Shown: positions 1 through 11,370, counted from the first letter of the stretch. The stretch: DNA of 31,487 nt from Octopus sinensis (GCF_006345805.1 NW_021829631.1:1-31487), one strand, 5' to 3'. Made by a program: numbers and translations. Notes: a model not told the origin generated them from the letters alone.

Positions 1-38
1 CATATATTCGCAAGGTGATCTTTTGCACACAAAATACA

Positions 39-71
<33 letters not shown>

Positions 72-99
72 ACACACACACCACACACAGGGCGCAAAT

Positions 100-265
100 T
101 ATTCTTTTATTCTTTAACTTGTTTCAGTCACTAGACTGCAGCTACGCTGGGGCTCCACTTTAAAGAATTTTTAGTTGAATGAATCAAGCTGAGTCCTTTT
201 GTCTTTTGTTTTTTTTTTATCAAAGCCAAATACTTATTCTATCTGTCTCTTTGCCTAACCGTGGG
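100..265 (-). mobile_element. Diverged SINE 3' fragment (another copy at ~490-620)
   Basis: ttcttttattctttaacttgtttcagtca..gactgc..gctgg..cact; similar cttgtttcagtc..gatgctgaggcaccgcc at 490-545. Confidence 0.65.
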
Positions 266-684
266 GCTGAGAGGAATATTGCTATATAAGCTCACAGCAT
301 CAAATGTAATAAGATAGGTAGGTTCGTTTACTGTAATAGGTAGATGGTTGAATATAAGAAAATTATCTCGTACGTAACTCTGTATGTGTTTGGGCAAAGA
401 CTTTAGTTGAATTCCTTTGAAATTACTTAAGTAGCATGTTTCATTAAACGGGCCTGCTACAATGGGTCTCAGTTTTAGATCTGCCTTTTTCCTCTTATAC
501 TTGTTTCAGTCGTGGTCTGTGACGATGCTGAGGCACCGCCGTGAATTGTTTAGTCAAGCAGATTGCCCTTCCTCAGTTTTGGAATTATTCTATTGAACTC
601 TCTGTTACCACTATATTACGGGGACATAAGCAAACCAACATCAGTATGCAAGAGGTAGAAGCAAGCACAAATTCAAAGACACAC

Positions 685-724
<40 letters not shown>

Positions 725-773
725 ACATATGCACACAGATATGACTAATTGTTTTTATTTCCTCTTTATCCAG

Positions 774-906
774 TTTCCTGGTCTCCTTGGTGAAATAGTG
801 GACGAAACATCATCTGGTCATATAGTTGTGTATTTTGGAACCAAAATAGGAAATATTGTCCTTCCTGTTTCTGCTGTAACAATGTACGTTAAGAATAAAC
901 ATCCAG
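774..906 (+). CDS. Penultimate exon of an upstream gene: divergent REP second half (FPGLLGEIVDETSSGHIVVYFGTKIGNIVLPVSAVTMYVKNKHP)
   Basis: Pyrimidine tract + cag at 771-773; CAG/gtgcgt donor at 907, phase 0/1; pattern F.G..G.I....G.+.V.F aligns by eye with exon 2. Confidence 0.55.
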
Positions 907-1070
907 GTGCGTTATTATATCTTAAATTACAAGAATATTCTGGATGTCTTTACTTTTGATAAATTTCTCTGACAAACTCACACAGACATATTTTAACGAG
1001 TTTACTCCAATAAGCTTACACTGACGACCAAGTAACACATAATTTTTCATGTTAAGTACAATATTCTTTT

Positions 1071-1463
1071 CTACTCTAGACACAAGGCCCGAATTTTTTG
1101 CGGAGGGGTCCTGTCGATTTGATAGACCCCAGTACGCAAGTGTTACTTAATTTATCGACCCCGAAAGTATGAAAGGCAAAGTCGAGCTCGGCGGAATTTG
1201 AACTCAGAACGTAGCGACAGACGAAATACCTATTTGTTTACTACCCTCAAGGGGCTTAAGATAGAGAGGACAAACAAGGACAGACAAACGGATTAAGTCG
1301 ATTATATCGACCCCAGTGCGTAACTGGTGCTTATTTAATGGACTCCGGAAGGATGGCAGGTAAAGTCGACCTCGGCAGAATTTGAACTCAGAATGTAAAG
1401 ACAGGCGAAATACTGCTAAGCATTTCGCCGGGCGTGCTAACGTTTCTGCCAGCTCGCCGCCTT
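1071..1463 (-). mobile_element. Second tRNA-derived SINE family, dimeric arrangement
   Basis: Minus-strand head ggcggcgagctggcagaaacgttag (A-box-like) and gagttcaaattc (B box); core aaagtcgacctcggcggaatttgaactcagaa present twice. Confidence 0.8.
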
Positions 1464-1612
1464 TCATGCTAAGTACAATAACATGCAAACACAATCTAAG
1501 ACATAAGAGACAGCCGACTTCAACCGGACAGTTATAATGAAAAGTTTTCCACTATTTTGTGTTTATTTTTCTTTCTTTTTCTTATATTCAATATTTTTTT
1601 CTTTTGTTTTAG

Positions 1613-1707
1613 AACATTCATTCTTCGATTGGTTATTTGGAAGAAAAAACATAATTGAAAAAAATCACAGCAATGATGACTCTTCCGTCATTTCTATTCC
1701 AACATAG
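1613..1707 (+). CDS. Putative terminal coding exon of the upstream gene (HSFFDWLFGRKNIIEKNHSNDDSSVISIPT*)
   Basis: Very strong polypyrimidine tract 1561-1610 + AG; the phase-1 reading matches the 906 donor and ends at TAG 1705-1707. Confidence 0.45.
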
Positions 1708-2578
1708 AAAAAATTTCTCCACTTTTTACTCCCTGACTGTCTGTTTCCCAGTCTGTCTGCCTGTCTGTGTGTGTGTCTTCTTCCCTGTGTCTGAAATATG
1801 TCAAGAAGACATATCATCCCCCCTCTCTCTCTCTCCCTCTTTCTCTCTGTATTTCTCGCACATTTTTAAAAAATACCTCTTATTTATAATCGTCCTCGGT
1901 AACTTCATAATTCTTCTTAGATCCCTCCCTTATTATTTACTGACAATGCAGACACAGATACCGAACCTTTCGCTATGTTCAACTCCCTGCATCAGTTTAT
2001 TTCACCTCTCACATCAATCCCTGACCAACACATATGTACCCCTTCTACAACACAAGGACATATTCACTATCCACAAACATAAACGTCACATACACTAGAC
2101 CTAACTATCTCTCACAGACTTGGGCTGACAAACATACACTGTTTAATATAAAGAACACTGCATCACTAAGAATGTTCATCCACTTCAAGTTCAGAAAATA
2201 TGCTAACTCACTACAAATCTCTGCTAACTCACAACAAATTGCTAACTCACAACAAATCTCATGCAAAGGCCACAGTGAACTACCAGGCCAATGCTGATGC
2301 TACACAGGTTAACAACTTAGACAGGCTTGAAAATAGGCAGCTCATCTAATGAATAAATTTCCTCGCTATCATTCCAGCCTTCAAACCACAAATGTAATTT
2401 CTCCTCTCTCTTCCTTTTCGAATCTCTACTGAAATCACGATAACTGCATGAAAAAATTCCAGCTTCATGAATCTCTTGCCCTTCGTTCACATTGTGCCTT
2501 CTCTTTTGTCCTATTTCAAGTAGGTGACAGGACAGGTTACCCACTGTGGTAAATTGTAACATTGGTCGTTACAACATC

Positions 2579-2584
2579 AATAAA
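2579..2584 (+). promoter_or_regulatory. Candidate polyadenylation signal of the upstream gene
   Basis: AATAAA followed by a GT/T-rich tract (gttcttgcgttctttgtgttttg); a second AATAAA at 2643-2648. Confidence 0.3.
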
Positions 2585-2989
2585 TATTTTTGCACTATAA
2601 GTTCTTGCGTTCTTTGTGTTTTGAATTATTGTACTTTAATACAATAAATATCTATCTATAATATAATGACTGAAGAAGTTCGGGACTGTGTCCAGTTTAT
2701 ATTTTTTCATTTACTCACATTATTAAAAAAGTAATATCACTTTGAAAATATTATAAATGAATGTGCATGTATATATGTGTGTGTATTCGTGTGCGTATTA
2801 ATATACATACATATATACATACATAGAGTGGAACAGTAAATTATATGCAAGACTTTCTCAAGTTCCAGATGTGAATTTGTCTGGTGTTAACTACATTCCA
2901 AAGATGGTGCCTTGTATCTTTGTTGGAAACCAGCTCCCTCCTCAGGAGAAATTTATAATAATTAAAAAATAAAAAAGAGAATACATACA

Positions 2990-3050
<61 letters not shown>

Positions 3051-4128
3051 CACACATATATATAAACTTAGATAAACTTAGATATGTTTCGACCAGAGAT
3101 TGGTCCAGGCCATGTCTAACTTAATAGCACCACCTGATAGGATATTCGAATCCTGTTCGAATATATATATATTGTGTGTATGTGTGTGTGTATTAATATA
3201 TGTGTGTGTGTGTGTGTGTCGTTCTTTTAGATTTCATTATTTTTTTTCCTTAATAGACTTTATACGGGGTCACTACCAATGTAGCAAGGCTCTTTTGTTT
3301 AAGTCAAGACAACTGCTATGTTTTGTGGTTACCTGCATTGTCTGACGAGTGCATATATGTTTGCGATGTTGTACTTTTTGTGAAACCAAAATGCAGTCAA
3401 GACAAACAAAATATATTGACAACTGTTGGCAGTATTTTGGATTCATTCAAATAGTCAAGCCTTTTTATTTTATTTTACCAAAACGGGCACACTGATTGTG
3501 CTTCAAAACTACATAATAGACACGCATTTATGTTGTCGTGTATAACACAGTTTGACTCAGCTGTATTGGCGCCGCCTGTTTGGCACCGCTTATTCGATGC
3601 TGATTTATTTGACATGAAATATTTTAACGTGTCCCTCACTCTTTTTGGACCAGGAATCTTTTACAATGGTCTAATTTATTACCAAACATTGTGGGTCAAA
3701 ATGTATTTACGAAAACTTTGGCAATATGCTTTCCGTTCAGTGACAAAAGCAATACATGAATGTTGAATATGTATGTGTAAACGAATATACATGTATGTCA
3801 ACATATCTGCCTATCTATCTCTCTGTTTACCTGACTATATGTGTGTGTGAGTGTGAGTGAGTGTGTGTGTTGTGTGTGTGTGTGCGTGCGTGTGCGTGTT
3901 AGTGTATAAATTCATAAACATGTCTTTATCTCTGTTTATCTGGGTATAGCTATTTTCTCTCTCTCTCTCTCTCTGCCTATTAGTCTTATCTATTTGTTTG
4001 TCTGCCTATCTATCTCTATATGTATGTATTTCCCTCCCCCCTCTCTCTCTGTCTCTCTCTGTCTCTCTCTGTCTATCTATAGAGAGAGAGAGAGAGAGGA
4101 GAGAAATACATACATATAGAGATAGAGG

Positions 4129-4262
4129 AAGGGCATATGTCGATCACTTCATTCTCAGTATTTCATTGGTACTTATCTTATCGATTCCGAAAGATGGAAG
4201 GCGAAGTCGACCTCGGCGGAATTTGAACTCAGAACGTGAAGACGTGTAAAATGCCGCTAAAC
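4129..4262 (-). mobile_element. Monomeric fragment of the second SINE family
   Basis: gaagtcgacctcggcggaatttgaactcagaacgt core. Confidence 0.75.
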
Positions 4263-4640
4263 TTTCCCCATGTGGTCAGGAAACTGAACCCAGAATCATG
4301 TGGTGGTTTGGAAACAAGCTTCTTACTACACAACCACGTCTGTGTCATACTCTGTGTCATACGTCAGTGTCATATGTTTGTCTGTCTGTATGTATGTATG
4401 GAGGTAGGTACGTATGTATGTATGTATTGATTTATGTATGTAGCTATCATATTACAATGCCAGTATAAGTCTTGACCTACATGAGGATAATCTATTTTTT
4501 TATGAAATGATAAAAAAAAAACAGAAATGCCATACGAATTCGCTTGACTACTTTCGCTATATTCTATTCCTTGCCTGGAGCATGATAGCTATGATCAATC
4601 AAAAGAAAGATATTGACGTCAGGCATGTAATTACATACTT

Positions 4641-5615
4641 TGACGTTCTATCGAGGTTTAGTGGCGAGCAAGAGCGATAACATTCTCGAAACCATTCAGT
4701 ATCATGCATTCGGTCCGTCAAGATTGTTCTGTCTCATTTCTTCTATATGAACTTACATGTAAGACGGTCAATTTCTTTAGTGGAGGATTAGATATGCTGT
4801 GGCTGATGAAGTGCAGACATGTACTTAGCCTGAGATATATCCAGTGTTTTCTCGACAGTGAACAGTTGAGGTTGCTGTTTGTTTGTTTGTTTGTTGAGCG
4901 AAGTGGTCTTCGTCCCAGAGCTCGCAAGATCGCGCCTCAGGAGAAGTCCGAAACGTGGTCCTTTGCTATTCGTAAGACCCGTAGAAGAGAAAGCAGGACA
5001 ACCCCCGACACCAAGAGCATCGACGGATGAATGAATGCACATCCAGGCTCAGCGGTGGTTGCATAGGAAGTCGGGGACAAGAAACAGGAAGAAAGAGTGA
5101 GAGAAAGTTGGAGCGAAAGAGTACAACAGGGGTCGCCACCACTTCCTGCCGGAGCCTCGTGGATGCTGTTTGTCAGAGCTGCTTATCTGCAGCTGGTCTT
5201 TCAGAATGAGCTGCAGTCCTGGGATCAAGCATAGACGGAAGCGGCGCGCCTGGCACCTAAAATCCGGACAAGCGCTAAACGCCCTCTTCCAGTCAGGCAG
5301 CGCATTCGGTGGAAGTTCCACTTTGACGTTCTATCGAGGTTTAGTGGCGAGCAAGAGCGATAACATTCTCGGAACCATTCAGTATCATGCGTTCGGTCCG
5401 TCCAGATCGTTCTGTCTCATTTCTTCTGTATGTACTGATTCTGGAGTCACTACTGCAGAAAATGGGGGCGTTTGTTTTGTTGGGGCGGGTACCATGCGCG
5501 AAAAACGGCCTGGAGAACCGTGTCAATATATGTGGACGACGTCACCATCATAGTGTCGGACATCAGGCACATAGACATGATTAACACTGCTCTAGGTGAA
5601 TACGTGGTGATGACT
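4641..5615 (+). mobile_element. Rearranged remnant of a Tx1/L1-clade non-LTR retrotransposon
   Basis: FSEPFSIMRSVRPDRSVSFLLYVLILESLLQK (about 5360-5462) resembles the SVRQGCPLSPLLY RT motif; YVDDVTIIVSDIRHI at 5529 is the Y.DD catalytic motif. The first ~105 bp of the RT block is duplicated at 4641-4745. Confidence 0.75.
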
Positions 5616-5992
5616 GTGCTTCTCTGCTAGTGTGGTGAGAGTAGTGTTTATACTTGGGGACTGGAGCCGTATTTTTAATGTATTGTAGTCTGTTTCTTAT
5701 TTAAGCATTCACTTGTAAACGAGTATATCATATAACAAGTGATATGATTTACTACTTGTTACAACTACCATCACAAAAAGAAACAACAACAAAATCAACC
5801 AGAGCAGTCTTTCAAATGTGAATAACTAGATAAATGAAGCCTATTATGTATAATACCTAAGCATGAAAATTATACCAAGTAAACTTACATGTGTGTTAAA
5901 TGACCTCATCTAAATCTGAGCGTACATTCTTACATAAAGACCGTCACTGCACCTATAGCGTGAGGCAACGCCCTGCCTTGTATGTGCATATA

Positions 5993-6508
5993 CAGGGGCT
6001 GGACAAAATAATGGAAACACCTAGCATCATAGCATCATCATTTTGAAATATCTATAAAACCGTCAAAAGCTTGTTTATTTTTATGTTCTTTGATTTATTG
6101 TTAGTATTGCTTAATATGTTTTGCTGAGATCGTTTTTTTTTTCAGATATCTTAAGAAAAAGGTAATTAAAATTCATCAAAATGACAGATATATTGGACTT
6201 TAAATGAGGTCAAATTGTTGGTGGTCATATGGCAGGCGCTAGCTTAATGAAAATAGCCTAAATGTTTTGTGTATCGAGAAGTACTGTCTCGAAAGTAATG
6301 ACAGCCTTTGAGAAAGACGGAAAAAACCTCCTCGTCGTAACAAAACTCCGTAAATAAATCAAAACTTTCAGATAGGGACCGTCAGACTCTTACGAGAATT
6401 GTTAGAAATGATCACAAAAGTACAACTCCCAAAATTCCTCCAGAGCTTAACGATCACCTCGAGAACCCAGTTTCTACAAAAACTGTTTGCCGGACGATAC
6501 ACAAAGCC
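5993..6508 (+). mobile_element. 5' fragment of a Tc1-like transposon
   Basis: TA/CAGGGGCTGGACAAAATAATGGAAACACC terminus. From ATG 6181: ..GQIVGGHMAGAS..IA..F.VSRSTVSKVM..F.K.GK../KLSDRDRQTLTRIVR.DH..T..I..ELN..LENPVSTKTV, i.e. paired-like HTH region with stops and a frameshift. Confidence 0.85.
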
Positions 6509-6744
6509 AAAAGCAGCAACATTTCCCTTGGGAATAACGAAACTGAAAGGAAAACAACAAAACATCTCAGGAAAGGGATTCAGCATTAATTATGATTATT
6601 TAATTAATTGATTAATTAATGTGTGTATGTTTGTATGTATAAAGGAGAAATAAACAAAGAGCTTAAAAGAAAGTAGTCTTTATGAAATTTCTTCTAGTTT
6701 TCTTTTTGCTAAATGTCGGGAGATAACCTTAAAATGAAAACACA

Positions 6745-7445
6745 CACACAAACTTACACATGCACACACATATAAACAAACACACGCACACTCACGCGCG
6801 CACACACACACTCACACACACTCACACAAACTCACACGCGCACACATGCACACTCACACACACACACACACACTCACACACAACACATATAAACTAACTC
6901 ACACAAGCACACTCACGCGCGCACACACACACACTCACACACACTCACACAAACTCGCACGCGCACACATGCACACTCACACACATACACACACACACAC
7001 TCACACACACCATATAAACTCACACACGTACACTCACGCGCGCACACACACATCACACACACTCACACAAACTCGCACGCGCACACATGCATACTCACAC
7101 ACATACACACACACACACTCACACACACACATATAAACTCAACACACGTACGCTCACGCGCGCGTACACACACACTCACACACACTCACACAAACTCACA
7201 CGCGCACACACGCACACTCACACACCCACATATAAACTCACACACGCACACTCACGCGCGCATACACACACTCACACAAACTCAAACGCGCACACACCCA
7301 CACTCACACACACACACACTCACACACTCACACACATTAAACTCACACACACTCAACACAAACTCACACACACTCACACAAACTCACACACACACACACT
7401 CACACAAACACATGTATATACCAGCACACACACGCACACACAACA
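6745..7445. repeat. CA-based higher-order minisatellite, ~120-bp unit, ~5 copies
   Basis: Units start at ataaac near 6772, 6889, 7014, 7133 and 7232, each containing cactcacgcgcg..caaactc.cacgcgcacac. Confidence 0.85.
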
Positions 7446-7841
7446 ACTACAGTCCTACCACGACGACGACGACGACCACCACCACCGCCGACAGCATCGG
7501 AGCCACCACCACACCATCACTGATAGGCGTGTATCCATGTCAAAGCAATGTCAGACAACAACAACATCAACAAAACGTGAACAACAACAACAATAAACAA
7601 ACAGCTTTCTTTACTTTCCACCTCTTTCTCCTACTCCTACACCCTTTCCTCATTACTAGGAATTACATATAAGTTGATCGGCGAAGAGAGGACACATGAC
7701 ATTCTGGTGCAACGTTCAGAGGAGACATCCAGAAGAGACATCCACTGACCAATAGTTCCGCCTTGACAAAAAGCTAAGTTTCCGGTCACCGTAGGACATT
7801 TCCCAGCCTCCACCACTAAGGTAATGTTTATGTGAGTATAT

Positions 7842-7932
7842 CTTCTTCTTCTTCTTCTTCTTCTTCTTCTTCTTCTTCTTCTTCTTCTTTTTCTTCTTCT
7901 TCTTCTTCTTCCTCCTCTTCTCCTTCTTCTTC
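7842..7932. repeat. (CTT)n microsatellite
   Basis: Direct reading. Confidence 0.95.
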
Positions 7933-8095
7933 GCATTCTAAACTAGAGAAACAAAGTGTTGATGTTATACATTTGTGTATGTATATCTATATACGTCCTT
8001 ATATGTATGGATACACACACACACACACACAGAAGTGTACGTGTATATATATGCCTACTTGTTATCCCTTCGCTTATCTTCGTCTTTTGTTTTCT

Positions 8096-8900
8096 GTGAA
8101 TTCAAACTGTTCCATGAAATATTAAACGTTCTAAAAACATGACCTACGTCAGAAAAACTGAGGTGACAATGTTGATATAATATCAAAAATGGAGTAGGAA
8201 GAGTAATCAAGAAAATATCAACCAAATAAGGTAAAATAATGACAAACATTTAAAAAAAGAAGACGGATATAACAGAAAACTCAAATCGAAGTAGCGATAA
8301 AAGAAATTATAAATGAGAAAATTTATATAAAATTGGCAAATTACGTATATGTTAACAAGGATTTGTTAGCATTACTCACAGTGATTTGTGTCAGTACAGC
8401 AATTTAATGAGGAATGTATCTATACATTTAAGCCAACAATTGTGTGTGTGTGTGTGTGTGTGTGTGTTTATGTATTTTTGTAATAAAGTTTTCATGATGG
8501 ATTGTGTCAGATAGAAGTGCTTTATAAATATTTTTTGAAAGACACAACAGGGAAGCTATTTAAAAGTTTTGTCAAGAGATTTTCTGAGCAGAGAACCGTG
8601 ACCTGGATATACAAAACACACACACACACAGAGACACACACCCACACACAAACACACACACACACACACCACACACCACACCAGACACACACACACGCAC
8701 AGACCACACACACACCCCACACAGACCACACACACAGAGACACACACACACAGACACACACAACACCACACACACACACGCACACACACATCTCTTGACA
8801 AAACTTTTAAATAACATCCCTGTTTTGGCTTTCAAAAAATATTTATAAAGCATTTCTATCTGACACAATCCATCATGAAAACTTTATTACTCAAATATAT

Positions 8901-8954
<54 letters not shown>

Positions 8955-9286
8955 GTGCTGGTTAAAATGTATAGATACATTCCTCATTAAATTGTTGTAC
9001 TGACACAAATCACTGTGAGTAATGCTAACAAATCCTTGTTAACATATACATAATTTGCCAATTTTATATAAATTTCCTCATTTATAATTTCTTTTATCGC
9101 TACTTCAATTTGAGTTTTCTGTTATATCCGTCTACTTTTTTTAAATGTTTGTCATTATTTTACCTTATTTGGTTGATATTATCTTGATTACTCTTCCTAC
9201 TCCATTTTTGATATTATATCAACATTTTTCTGACGTAGGTCATGTTTTTAGAACGTTTAATATTTCATGGAACAATTTAGTTTCAC
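8096..9286. mobile_element. Foldback/MITE-like element with ~490-bp inverted arms
   Basis: Arm 8096-8580 is the reverse complement of 8790-9286 (high identity, one 12-bp indel, internal (TG)n/(CA)n); spacer 8581-8789 is CA-rich. Confidence 0.85.
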
Positions 9287-9374
9287 TTTTATCTGCCTCC
9301 TCATATTTTGTTAATTGCTACTACATTCAGTGTTTGTGTCTCTGCTTTGTGCAGTACACTTTATTTGGACTTTG

Positions 9375-9510
9375 TTCTTTGTTCTTTTATTCTTTTATTG
9401 GCTTCAGTTATTTGACTGTGGCCATGCTGAAGCACCGCCTTTAATCGAGCAAATCGACTCCAGGACTTATTCTTTGTAAGCATAGTACTTATTCTATCCG
9501 TTTCTATTGC
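9375..9510 (-). mobile_element. 3' fragment of the same SINE family
   Basis: ttcagttatttgactgtggccatgctgaagcaccgcctttaatcgagcaaatcgac.. matches 14720-14820. Confidence 0.8.
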
Positions 9511-9585
9511 TCTATATATATATATGCATGTAGGTGTGAATGTATATATATATTTTTTTTTCTCTCCTTGTTTCTTTTCTTTGTA

Positions 9586-9623
9586 TCTTTCTGTTGAAGA
9601 GCGTAGGCTCGAAACGTAAAAGA
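9586..9623 (+). ncRNA. Minimal type-I hammerhead-ribozyme-like motif in a short dispersed repeat (~9545-9720)
   Basis: tcttt-CTGTTGA-a-gagc(gtag)gctc-GAAAC-GTA-aaaga: stem I tcttt/aaaga, 4-bp stem II, loopless ACGT stem III, GUA triplet. A6 is replaced by U. Confidence 0.5.
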
Positions 9624-9718
9624 CTTGTTTTATTTCTATTCCTGAGCGCCATACTAATACATTGTTTGTTTGTACTCCACCTGCCTTCGTCTTTTGTTTA
9701 TTTTCGTAAAACCTTCCG

Positions 9719-9758
<40 letters not shown>

Positions 9759-9763
9759 TATAT

Positions 9764-9802
<39 letters not shown>

Positions 9803-9935
9803 ATATATGTATATATATATATATATATATATAATTTAATCCACACATGAAAGCACAAAAAAAACACAACAACGCGAGGACGTGGAACAATATATTATTA
9901 TTGGACGCTCAGGAAAGAAGGAAAGAAGGAGGGAT

Positions 9936-9966
9936 TACGTTTCGAGCGGAGCTCTTCGTCGGAAAC
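9936..9966 (-). ncRNA. Hammerhead-like motif in a related repeat (~9840-10050, minus strand)
   Basis: Reverse complement gttt-CCGACGA-a-gagc(tcc)gctc-GAAAC-GTA; U4 is replaced by C and stem I is imperfect. Confidence 0.42.
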
Positions 9967-10046
9967 ATAGGAGAAGGAAAGATCCAGAAAAGGGAAGACA
10001 GAGGGAAAAAATCGCCAACGGTACACACGCGGTCACATTTTGAATT

Positions 10047-10099
<53 letters not shown>

Positions 10100-10100
<1 letters not shown>

Positions 10101-10626
10101 CATAAGGGACTAAAGCCATCTGAATATGGCTAGGGACGGGCAGGGTGGTGGGGGTGTTACTGTTGCATTTAGCCCCAGGCGAACATCGACGTCACCAGAT
10201 AGGCCCGACACCGTCACGGTGTCCTTTAACCTGCAAAGGGAGGTAATGGCTTTAGTCCCTTATGTTATCGAGCAGTTACTGTCTATATCTCTTTTAGAGA
10301 ATTATTATTGCTTTCGAACAGATTTTCGAAATCAGCAAATGTATTTTGCTTGAAAATCTATATATGAATAGCCTGCAGAGTGAGAATTCGTCGAGGAAGC
10401 GGAAGCCTACCACACGCCGACGATAGGCAATACACCTTGAAACCATGGTCCGTGTGTGGTTTCCGCTTCATCGGGGTATTACCTCCCTTTGCAGGTTAAA
10501 GGACACCGTGACGGTGTCGGGCCTATCTGGTGACGTCGATGTTCGCCTGGGGCTAAATGCAACAGTAACACCCCCACCACCCTGCCCTGTCCCTAGCCAT
10601 ATTCAGATGGCTTTAGTCCCTTATGT
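10100..10626. mobile_element. MITE with ~148-bp terminal inverted repeats, TA-flanked
   Basis: 10100-10247 is the reverse complement of 10478-10626 (ACATAAGGGACTAAAGCCATCTGAATATGGC...); TA at 10098-99 and 10627-28. Confidence 0.85.
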
Positions 10627-10777
10627 TATCGAGCAGTTACTGTCTATATCTCTTTTAGAGAATTATTATTGCTATAATATATAGATGTACATGTAATATG
10701 TACACATATATATACACATATATACATGTATACATATATACACCCATACACACATACCCCCCACACACATACATAGG

Positions 10778-10935
10778 TGCAGGTGTGGCTGTGTGCTAAC
10801 AAACTTGGTTCCAAAATACATGGTCCTGGGTTCAGTCCCGCTGTGTGGTGACTTGGAATGCTTCTTCTGCTATAGCCTCAGAACAACGAAAGCCTTGTCA
10901 GTGGATTTTGTAGATAGAACTGAAAGAAATCAATC
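10778..10935 (+). mobile_element. 5' half of the same SINE family
   Basis: gtggctgtgtg..gggttcagtccc..ctatagcc..aaagccttgtcagtggatttt..aactgaaagaa. Confidence 0.8.
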
Positions 10936-11052
10936 GAAAATACATGCATACATATATACATATATATACAGAGATATTTGTGTATATATATATATATATA
11001 TAAACATGTATGTATTATATGTATATATATATATATAGAAGAGAGAGAGAGA

Positions 11053-11370
11053 GGGCGGTGGCTTAGTGGTTAGGGCATTCGGCTCATGATCGTAAGGTTT
11101 GAGTTCGATTCCCGGCGACGCGTTGTGTCCTTGAGCAAGACACTTTATTTCACGTTGCTCCAGTCCACTCAGCTGGCAAAAATGAGTTGTACTTGTATTT
11201 CAAAGGGTCAGCCTTGTCACTCTCTGTGTCATGCTGATTATCCCCGAGAACTACGTTAAGGGTACACGTGTCTGTGGAATGCTCAGCCATTTGCACGTTA
11301 ATTTCACGAGCAAGCTGTTCCGTTGATCGTATCAGCTGGGCCCCTCGTCGTAACCGCGGAGTCTTTAAGA
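11053..11370 (+). mobile_element. Third tRNA-derived SINE family
   Basis: A box tggcttagtgg (11059-11069), B box gagttcgattcc (11101-11112), central gtgtccttgagcaagacactttatttcacgttgctccagtccactcagctg. Confidence 0.85.

Noticed and set aside
884-889. Alternative donor gtacgt after codon 36 of the 774 exon
   Set aside because: Gives phase 2, which with the 1613 acceptor stops after 14 codons; CAG/gtgcgt at 907 has better context and yields a longer, protein-like tail. Not strictly excluded.
2551-2580. TGTAACA-TTGGT as an LTR end plus primer-binding site
   Set aside because: No second LTR and no gag/pol sequence nearby.
4520-4660. Open stretch KCHTNSLDYFRYILFLAWSM.. as a hidden exon
   Set aside because: No convincing polypyrimidine tract or donor, and no recognisable domain.
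6538-6556. ISRE-like GAAACTGAAAG motif as an immune regulatory site
   Set aside because: Short motif that also occurs within the abundant SINE consensus (14958-14968, minus); no independent support.
6846-7936. Long His/Thr-rich, poly-Ser and poly-Arg ORFs in the track
   Set aside because: They are translations of (CA)n, (ACG/ACA)n and (CTT)n simple repeats; the same applies to YI/YV/poly-L/poly-I ORFs elsewhere.
11053-11125. tRNA gene
   Set aside because: A and B boxes are present but there is no complete cloverleaf, and the sequence continues into a SINE body.
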